64,000 bases of DNA, taken from a virus. The notes below the pieces were generated by a model that did no database searches, was not told the origin of the DNA, and worked only from the letters and a program-made list of their open reading frames with translations. The stretch is taken from IMG/VR virus record IMGVR_UViG_3300008740_000712, positions 1-64,000 of that record, one strand, 5' to 3'. Position numbers and translations under genes: made by a program. Positions 56,763 through 64,000 of this stretch are shown in pieces (the first letter of the stretch is position 1; every line of letters starts with the position of its first letter).

Positions 56763-59700
56763 TAACTAATACCTTTAAACTTTTTTGGTTTTCTCGGTGG
56801 ACTCTTCTTCGGAACAGGAGAACTCCTATAGGGGTTTCCAGCCTTCTTTTTTGGACCTCTTTTTGGCCTGTGTGGTGAAGTCACCTTTCTTGGTGCTGAA
56901 ATTTGTTTTGCCAACTTCTCAATATGCTCCTTGCGAGCTTTTTTCTTTTCCGGTTCTGGTGGTGGTGGGGGAGGGGGTTGTGGTGGTGGTGGGTTTTCCA
57001 TCTCCAACTCCATTGAGATGCTCGCATTCTCGATCAAACTAAAGAAATCATACGGCCAATTGTAACTATATTCTGGAACCAATGCAGATGTTCCTCCCTT
57101 TAAGTCAAACTTGAACCTGTCATCGTCACCGGCATCTTTAGTTGTTTCAAAGTAATTTGTTTTTGCCCTTCTTTTCACCTTAAAGATTATGAAAGATAGA
57201 TCCCCAACAATGACTTCTCTAAGTTGTTCATTGGAACCGAAGAAATTATGTCTGTTTATGTCGTGAGATATTTCGATCTCCGATGTTTCAAAATTGACAG
57301 CAATGTCAGGAGAGATATTTTGCCAGATGTTGTTTAAGTCTTCCTGATCGAGTGTGTGTGATACTTCCATGAAATACATAGCATAAGGTTTCCTAATGTT
57401 GGTGTCTTTTCTCATGGGATCAAAGTGTGGTGGTACTATATATTTTTTCAGTCCATCGATCATCCTAGATATGGAAGTCTCTCGGATTTCCTCTCCGGAA
57501 AATGAGTCCTCTTTTTTAACTGCGATTTTGCCCAAAGACTCTTCATAGGTTTTTCTCTGTTTATCAAATTCAGTTCTTTCTATTTCTATTAAATTATTCT
57601 CTACTGCAAACCTTGTGCGGTTTGATATGACTTTAAAGAATTCACCGATGGAGGACTTGACCCCCAGATCACTGGAGTATCTTTGTAAATTAGGAGTGTT
57701 GAACCTTACCGTCGTAATCAATATTCGATCAGCCGTTGAAACCTCTTTGTAATAATCACGGTATAATTCGTAACTTGTTTCAGGCGAGTTTTTAGATGAC
57801 TTTACATAAGGTATGATACATATTGCCTCACTTATCTCCTTCGAACCCCTAACTCTGCCAATCTTTTTGGAATCGGCAGTAAATCCAGTATTTCCTATGA
57901 TAGAACCAATTTTTTTAGATTCATCCTGATATGCGGCTGGTGAGAAACTTTCCTTTATTTCGAAGAAAATTCCGTTTTGGGAAGATGGGGTGACTCCGTA
58001 ACTTGTCCACATCGTTCTTGGCAATTCCAGATCCTGATCCAGATTTATCCCGTGGGCATTCCATGCTCTTCCGTCGTTTGACGAATACGAGGAACTATAA
58101 TCTGCCACCGATGCCGTAAAATCCAGTACCGGTGTTTCAAACTTTGTTGAGATGACCCACCTTTTATTTTCCTCCGATACGTCGTTGGAGACTGTTGATG
58201 GTACGGCAGTATCTCCAGAACCGAGGACTTGGAACGTCGTCGTGGGATCAAATGTTCTGCCAAATAAGTCCACAGAAGAGGCAACAGTCGATGCTGATTC
58301 TTTCTGGTTTTGCGTGAATTCGTTCTTAATAAAGTGAGTACCGTATGTAGAAACCCTTGATTCCTCTACCTCGTTGACATACTCAACATTCGCATTGGAA
58401 AAGATTTCCTCTACTCCATATTTCCCGGATACAGAGGGAGTGAAGGACACTCTTGCAATTGCTGTACCGTAAAAAGACGGGGGAGTATAAGCACAATATG
58501 CGGGATCATGAGGGAAGTCAATCGGGAGTCCATATAATTTACCATGCTGTTTGTAATCATAATAAGATTTGAACTCCAACGAAGCAGAAAACTGTGGTGA
58601 AGATATTGGTGTCTCGTCTGGATTGAAAGTCCCTATGTGGTTGCCTTGTTTCAGGTATGCAGAACCAGTGTGCATAAATATGTAAGACTTTCCAGATGCC
58701 TGTGAAGGTAGGTGATCGTTGCTCTCACTCTGTCTCGGTGAGGAGAACACGAACAGGGACTCCCCCTTGTTGTACGGATGCTCAGATCCACTTATGATTT
58801 TCAGAGTTCCCCTAATAGAATCCCTGAGTGCTGTTCCACCATACACATAGTCGGACGACATCCCCTGCAATGTTCTCACGGGCAGGAATGCTAAGCTGCC
58901 TGTGCCTGAACAATTGCCATCGAGTGCGGTAACGCACAACGCACCCTTGGCATTCAGGTGTGGGGATCTGTCCGAATTATCGGCACTTCCAGAGTAGATT
59001 GCCCCGTCGATGCCGAAAGATAGGTAAACTTGGTTTTCTGTTCCGTGGTCGTGATGTGAGGATTCGATAGAAAGCAAAGATCCCAACCCCAATGAATACC
59101 TTTGCCCGTATAAGGAACCTTGGGCACCGAACTCGACAGGGTGGTTGCTTGCTGAGATTGCTGATCCGGTGAGCCAATCTAAGTTTATTTCAGCTGTTTT
59201 GCTGAATTCTAATCTCGGAGGTCCGTCTCGAACAGTCGCAACAATCACTGGTTCCCCAAACTCATTATTAACTACACTGCCAACATCATCACGTTCCGGA
59301 ACATCTTCGTAGTCCTGAAATACTTTTCCTTCAAAAAGGTGAATTGCTCCAGCTTTTCTGTTGGGACTGGAAGTGGTGTTTGGTAGTGAAGTAACGGCAA
59401 AGTAGTACTTCTGGTTTGGTGCGGTCCCATTCATACATGCAGACACCACAGAACCAAATTTGTCGTTGTTGCCACCGTCTGACAACTTATAGTAAGCAGA
59501 AGCAGTTCCATGAAGGGAACCGGAGTACCACAGCATTATGTCACCCCTTTCGGCACCACTGGTTCCACCAGCTGGGGCCCGGCCGCATCCACCGACTAGA
59601 AGAATTCCATTCATGCTGGAACTGTTTTCGGTAGTGGTATCCTTGAAATCCAAATTGATCATGTCGTATGTTCCGGGATATCCCATTCTAGCATTGTGGT

Positions 59701-62700
59701 GGTTCAAGGCACTCTGACTATTGAGTCCAGCTCGTGACTGGTCGAGTCCCACATTGTGAATGATGTGAGTCTCTTTTATCCCATTGACTGAGGAACTCTC
59801 ATTTAAGAAGAATACTCCAGTGTTGTGCGATGTGGATATGGACGCGGTGAGTTCTGATGATGGATCTAACCCTCCACTCATTGGGGATTTGAGATTAACC
59901 GCAATACCCCCATGTGCCGAGTCCGAGGTTATAACGTGGTATCCGTCTCCGTCTAGTTTTGGAAGTATACGGGTTTCGACACCGTAAGCATACAGTACTC
60001 TGCCTGCGCTGGTTGGGGTTATAAGTGACCCGGTGACATCATCGTAGTCCACAGGATCGAACATATGCTGTCCCGTGGATTGTGATGGTCTATATTTGTA
60101 GACTCTTACCGATCCAAGAACACCGTGGGTGTAATCCTGCTGGTTGCCGATGGCACAAAAGATGCCTTGACTTCCCGAACATGCAGAAATTCTTCTGGGC
60201 AGATCACCTGTGCTGTCGTTGTCCCAAGTTATTGTATCGCATATTTCCCAGCCATCAGGGCCGAGTTTGTTCTTATAGAGGGATAGTCTATTTGGAGTAG
60301 ACTGTTCTTTTTCTCCGTAAGCAAAAGCAGCACAATAATACCCATCAGAACCAGAGAAGAAATCCGTTGCTGTTCCTCCAGCATCGTTAATAAAGGTATC
60401 TCCAGTAACATCTGAATATCCCTTGTAATTGACAAAACGATCCATCTCGACATTATCTCTAAGGACAACATCCATGTAATATGTCTTGCCGGCCTCAAAC
60501 TCTTGAAATTCTTTTTCTGGTTTTGAGATAAAATAATTTAATGTGCCTTCATCAAGGAAGAAGTCAACCGTTTCTGCCAAGAAGTTGTGCATTGCGAGTT
60601 GATAATTTGGTTTTGATGTGCCACCCCACATGGCATAGTATGGAAAAGTTGGGGACACCGGTTCAGTACTAACGTAGGAGGGAGTAAATCTGATCGGAGT
60701 TGATTCCGGAAGGTTGCCTTTTGGGTCATACAGAGTCTCGAATGGGAGTCTGTAGTCTGGAGTTGTGGTTAGGGAAAATTCCCTTTGAGGATTTTGTGCA
60801 GTTGTGGTGACAGTTGTCGCAGTTGGGACACTACCAGTGTAGACTGGGTAATCGACAGCATAACCCGATTTTATAGAGTTATATAGAATTCCCGGAGACA
60901 TAAATGCTTTTGCGAGAGCTTGGAGTCCCTGTGCTGGCTGTTGCGTGTTGGAGTCATCCTTGTACCCTCTGATGCTATCAGAAAAGGAGGAACTTAACTC
61001 GTGCCCTATCTGAACTGTTCTAGTTGCGGGGAAAAATCCATTATATGGTAAGAGTTTTTTTACTGCATTGCATTTAATCTTCAATTTCGATACCATCATT
61101 TCCGGATGATCATCGATAACCTGCTTGGCATGAGTCATCGGTTCGGTGGTCATGTGAGTGTCGAAGAAGTTTTCAGTACCGGTGTCGGCAATGTCACCTG
61201 TTGGCAGATTTGCCCCCTGTATACTAAAATATTCTGCCGGTGGTTTGTTGAAATTTAAATCTGAAAGATACTCCCCGATGTGATTTGATATTCTAAATTC
61301 TGGTATGATTCCCATGCCTACCGTAAGGGGTCGGTGGTTTTCCCTAAAAGAATCATAAGTTTCATGGCCAGGAGTTCTTTCTGCTATCTTCTCCGTTAAT
61401 CTCTCGACGTAATCAGTGAGAACATACCCGGATGAAGAAGATACATTTATGTTAGTATGTTCGACGAAACAAAGTGACGGTTGCGGGTCAATAGTGTAGG
61501 CACTCTCATCCGTGTCATGCATCAACTCACCCAATGCGGAAGAGTAGCTTGCAGATTGGGGAAATGAGCTTGCTCCATCAGTCTGCAACGGGAAGAATGC
61601 CAGGCTCTCCTTTTGTCGCGACAAAGCTGTTTGAGTTATTTTTAAATTCCGTATTGCCCAGTGGTCGTACTGGTATCCGGAGTAAGAGGTTTGAGCAATC
61701 CTTATTTCTGCACCGGTGTCTGGAAATACATTTCCACTGGAATCGACAATCTTTAGGCCGTTTGTGGGAATGTTACTCGACAAGCTTGTCCACATTGTGT
61801 TTGTGGCAAATTTAGTATAACCATCGTTTCCGAAGCGTGCCACTGTTGCCAGAAGGATTGCGTCTTCGGTGTTTCCAGTATTGCACTTCACCTTAGCAAT
61901 GGACCACGAGTCAAGTGAGTTGAGTCTATATTGTATAATTAAGTTCTCACCAGAATCAGGGTTCTCCAACCCAAGGGCATTGTAGGTTCCCTGAATAACA
62001 TCAAAATCCAGGTAAACTGTTCCCTTGACAACATTATTGAATTGCAAAAATCTTGCGGTAACTGACGTGTTTGTTGTGCCGAAAAGGAATGCCCAATTGC
62101 CTGCGGTTTCATCAAAGAGGACTCTTGATGATGCATCGGAAATAAAGTCTGTTGGAAGTGTCGTATTGAAATCGTACTCTGTCGTCAGTTCTCCCGTTAT
62201 TGACAACCCAGTGGTGTAATTTAAAGAATTTTTTGCTCCGGTGGTTCTCAATCTTGTTGGGTGATAGAACTTATTCTGCTTTCCGAATTGCTTATCATAC
62301 CCATAAGAACCGGTGCCGGACTCCTCGTCGTATTTCTCCCTTTTTCGCACTCGTTTAAGCCCCGAATATCTCCCGATTGGGAAAATAACTTCCGAGTACT
62401 TAACCCCGTTCACTTCTCTCAACGGATTGTTGGATATATTTGGATCAGGGTTTATGTACAGTTTTTTCAAACTATCATAAAAGGTTCCCTTCTCACCAGA
62501 AGAGATGCCTAAAAATGTTTCAACATCTACACCCTTCTGACTATCGAAGTAAACCAGTTCATTCGAAAACGTGCTTTTCATCTCATATTCTGCGTTTGTT
62601 GGATCGTCCCTCAATTTAACTCTGTGCTTGATCGGAAAGTATTTTGTTGTTACAGGAGTCTGAGTTATTGAGGTTATTGATTCTGGATTCTTGTTGTCCT

Positions 62701-63868
62701 CTCTCAGAAAGGAATATTGATTTGTTTCCCTAAGATATTTGGGATGTTGGTTGTCGTGCTTTCGGGTCTGTTCCCACGAGGAATGGCCATAACCAAAATT
62801 GTGATTATTGTTAGCAGAACTTGTAAAACCCTGAGATGTTGCGGTCAGAGGATCGTAATCATCCGTGATCGCTATTCTTCTCGGCTTCACCTCTAGTGCA
62901 AGATCATTGCTGTCTCTCTGGTATCCATATGCCACACTGGAAGTTACATTCTTATTGATCCAACTATACCCTAATTCACTTTGGGGGATGGCATGTTGAA
63001 CATAGTAATTATCATAAGAGCTTGTCGAGGATATTGGCAACTCGATGCCTCCGACTAATTTTGACAACGGGTTTCTGTTGACACCATGAAGTGAACCTGA
63101 TTGTATTGCCGAGTTTGAGGACGGCATATGGGTGGCAAGATTCCTTCTGTTAGCAATACGAACACTCTCATTCCTGAACGGTGTTGCATTGTAAACGGAA
63201 AACTCCTCTCCCGATGGGTTCAAAAAACCCCTAGACATAGTGTATCTGTCACCTGGTGCCGAGAACCTGCTTACAATAATTGATTTGTGCTTCGTTCTCT
63301 CTGGCAGATCAAACAAAGAATCCCTTGCTACAGGAAGGCTGTTGACGACATTTGATTCGAACGACTTTCTCTCCTGGAATTGTTGATAACTCTCCACACT
63401 TTCGGCAAAGTGTCGAGGGTTAGTGGTCCTTCCAACAGTTTGAACAACCTCGTAATTGTTAGAAAAGTTTCCAATGGCAATCGAACCCGTTGAGGTTCGA
63501 ATGTTGCGTATATTTACTGGCCTTTTGGCAAACTCATCCCTGTAGTAAATTGCCCTCGACTGATCGTTACCAAGTTGGTCAGAACCATATATCCTGAGTT
63601 GTCCCGATGATGGTACAATAGAGAATGCTTCTCCCCTAACAGATCCTTCTGTAAACAGTTCCTGGTGTCTTCTTTGGTGTCCTCCCACGAATTCGTTGGT
63701 AAACGGACCCTGCATAGAGGCATCACCGAAGGTTCCATATGAATCCATATGTAGGTTGGTAACATCAACACCTGATTTAAATTGGGCAAGAGTGCTATGG
63801 TATCCTCCGTCTGCGGAGGAACTATGCATCGTGAATGGGGCTCTATTTCTTGCTTTTTCTTTTGTCAT
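56762..63868 (-). CDS. 2,368-aa baseplate-region protein with reelin-like beta-sandwich, propeller-like middle and Pro/Lys-rich tail
   Basis: Long ORF with ...E.L..QY......W...IRIAQ....DHWAIRNL.I, a Gly/Ser-rich repeat-like middle, and C-terminal PPPQPPPPPPPEP-KKK... basic tail. Confidence 0.75.
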   Translation of the reverse strand: MTKEKARNRAPFTMHSSSADGGYHSTLAQFKSGVDVTNLHMDSYGTFGDASMQGPFTNEFVGGHQRRHQELFTEGSVRGEAFSIVPSSGQLRIYGSDQLGNDQSRAIYYRDEFAKRPVNIRNIRTSTGSIAIGNFSNNYEVVQTVGRTTNPRHFAESVESYQQFQERKSFESNVVNSLPVARDSLFDLPERTKHKSIIVSRFSAPGDRYTMSRGFLNPSGEEFSVYNATPFRNESVRIANRRNLATHMPSSNSAIQSGSLHGVNRNPLSKLVGGIELPISSTSSYDNYYVQHAIPQSELGYSWINKNVTSSVAYGYQRDSNDLALEVKPRRIAITDDYDPLTATSQGFTSSANNNHNFGYGHSSWEQTRKHDNQHPKYLRETNQYSFLREDNKNPESITSITQTPVTTKYFPIKHRVKLRDDPTNAEYEMKSTFSNELVYFDSQKGVDVETFLGISSGEKGTFYDSLKKLYINPDPNISNNPLREVNGVKYSEVIFPIGRYSGLKRVRKREKYDEESGTGSYGYDKQFGKQNKFYHPTRLRTTGAKNSLNYTTGLSITGELTTEYDFNTTLPTDFISDASSRVLFDETAGNWAFLFGTTNTSVTARFLQFNNVVKGTVYLDFDVIQGTYNALGLENPDSGENLIIQYRLNSLDSWSIAKVKCNTGNTEDAILLATVARFGNDGYTKFATNTMWTSLSSNIPTNGLKIVDSSGNVFPDTGAEIRIAQTSYSGYQYDHWAIRNLKITQTALSRQKESLAFFPLQTDGASSFPQSASYSSALGELMHDTDESAYTIDPQPSLCFVEHTNINVSSSSGYVLTDYVERLTEKIAERTPGHETYDSFRENHRPLTVGMGIIPEFRISNHIGEYLSDLNFNKPPAEYFSIQGANLPTGDIADTGTENFFDTHMTTEPMTHAKQVIDDHPEMMVSKLKIKCNAVKKLLPYNGFFPATRTVQIGHELSSSFSDSIRGYKDDSNTQQPAQGLQALAKAFMSPGILYNSIKSGYAVDYPVYTGSVPTATTVTTTAQNPQREFSLTTTPDYRLPFETLYDPKGNLPESTPIRFTPSYVSTEPVSPTFPYYAMWGGTSKPNYQLAMHNFLAETVDFFLDEGTLNYFISKPEKEFQEFEAGKTYYMDVVLRDNVEMDRFVNYKGYSDVTGDTFINDAGGTATDFFSGSDGYYCAAFAYGEKEQSTPNRLSLYKNKLGPDGWEICDTITWDNDSTGDLPRRISACSGSQGIFCAIGNQQDYTHGVLGSVRVYKYRPSQSTGQHMFDPVDYDDVTGSLITPTSAGRVLYAYGVETRILPKLDGDGYHVITSDSAHGGIAVNLKSPMSGGLDPSSELTASISTSHNTGVFFLNESSSVNGIKETHIIHNVGLDQSRAGLNSQSALNHHNARMGYPGTYDMINLDFKDTTTENSSSMNGILLVGGCGRAPAGGTSGAERGDIMLWYSGSLHGTASAYYKLSDGGNNDKFGSVVSACMNGTAPNQKYYFAVTSLPNTTSSPNRKAGAIHLFEGKVFQDYEDVPERDDVGSVVNNEFGEPVIVATVRDGPPRLEFSKTAEINLDWLTGSAISASNHPVEFGAQGSLYGQRYSLGLGSLLSIESSHHDHGTENQVYLSFGIDGAIYSGSADNSDRSPHLNAKGALCVTALDGNCSGTGSLAFLPVRTLQGMSSDYVYGGTALRDSIRGTLKIISGSEHPYNKGESLFVFSSPRQSESNDHLPSQASGKSYIFMHTGSAYLKQGNHIGTFNPDETPISSPQFSASLEFKSYYDYKQHGKLYGLPIDFPHDPAYCAYTPPSFYGTAIARVSFTPSVSGKYGVEEIFSNANVEYVNEVEESRVSTYGTHFIKNEFTQNQKESASTVASSVDLFGRTFDPTTTFQVLGSGDTAVPSTVSNDVSEENKRWVISTKFETPVLDFTASVADYSSSYSSNDGRAWNAHGINLDQDLELPRTMWTSYGVTPSSQNGIFFEIKESFSPAAYQDESKKIGSIIGNTGFTADSKKIGRVRGSKEISEAICIIPYVKSSKNSPETSYELYRDYYKEVSTADRILITTVRFNTPNLQRYSSDLGVKSSIGEFFKVISNRTRFAVENNLIEIERTEFDKQRKTYEESLGKIAVKKEDSFSGEEIRETSISRMIDGLKKYIVPPHFDPMRKDTNIRKPYAMYFMEVSHTLDQEDLNNIWQNISPDIAVNFETSEIEISHDINRHNFFGSNEQLREVIVGDLSFIIFKVKRRAKTNYFETTKDAGDDDRFKFDLKGGTSALVPEYSYNWPYDFFSLIENASISMELEMENPPPPQPPPPPPPEPEKKKARKEHIEKLAKQISAPRKVTSPHRPKRGPKKKAGNPYRSSPVPKKSPPRKPKKFKGIS

Positions 63869-63907
63869 ATGCTTTAACGATTATACCCTTCATTGGTTAT
63901 TTTTTAA

Positions 63908-64000
63908 CTAAGCAATCCTTTTGATGTTCACAGTGGATCCTGGGTTTGCGCGAAAATTAGTGCTCGTTTGCGAATCTATCGAGATCTGGATCGTGTCCGC
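63908..64000 (-). CDS. 3' end of an upstream gene (...ADTIQISIDSQTSTNFRANPGSTVNIKRIA*)
   Basis: Open frame from the window edge to TAG at 63910-63908. Confidence 0.5.
   Translation of the reverse strand, partial: ADTIQISIDSQTSTNFRANPGSTVNIKRIA

Noticed and set aside
1-64000. Alternative genetic code (stop-codon reassignment) as seen in some large phages
   Set aside because: Genes are full length under code 11, and TAA, TAG and TGA all terminate conserved genes.

Overview
This is a 64-kb segment of a large T4-like (Tevenvirinae-type gene set) myophage genome. Every credible gene is on the minus strand, uses the standard genetic code, and many are translationally coupled. In transcription order (right to left) it contains: a baseplate/tail-associated block (63.9-46.2 kb); a DNA-processing block (RuvC-like resolvase, primase, single-chain Mre11-Rad50/SbcCD); a membrane/lysis-like trio; a Zn-finger protein; an Hc1-like small basic protein; large terminase; portal; head-assembly genes with prohead protease and ribosomal protein bS21; a ~22-kb block of fibre/adhesin-like genes (MAM, LamG, chaperone and repeat domains); scaffold; major capsid; neck protein; and a >2,100-aa ORF missed by the ORF track because it runs off the window edge. 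The most notable items are: (i) two tandem head-closure domains fused to a long fibre; (ii) an unannotated SD-led 16-codon Cys-rich ORF ending Gly-Cys-UGA plus a hairpin just upstream of the prohead protease; (iii) a three-member module family in which a 136-aa protein reappears expanded to 2,346 aa; (iv) three paralogous lectin-like genes sharing near-identical DNA patches; and (v) bS21 lacking the Bacteroidia anti-SD-contacting Tyr in a region with strong SD sites. All product calls come from motif recognition by eye, with no database searches. No tRNA, CRISPR array, integrase, transposase or reverse transcriptase was recognised.
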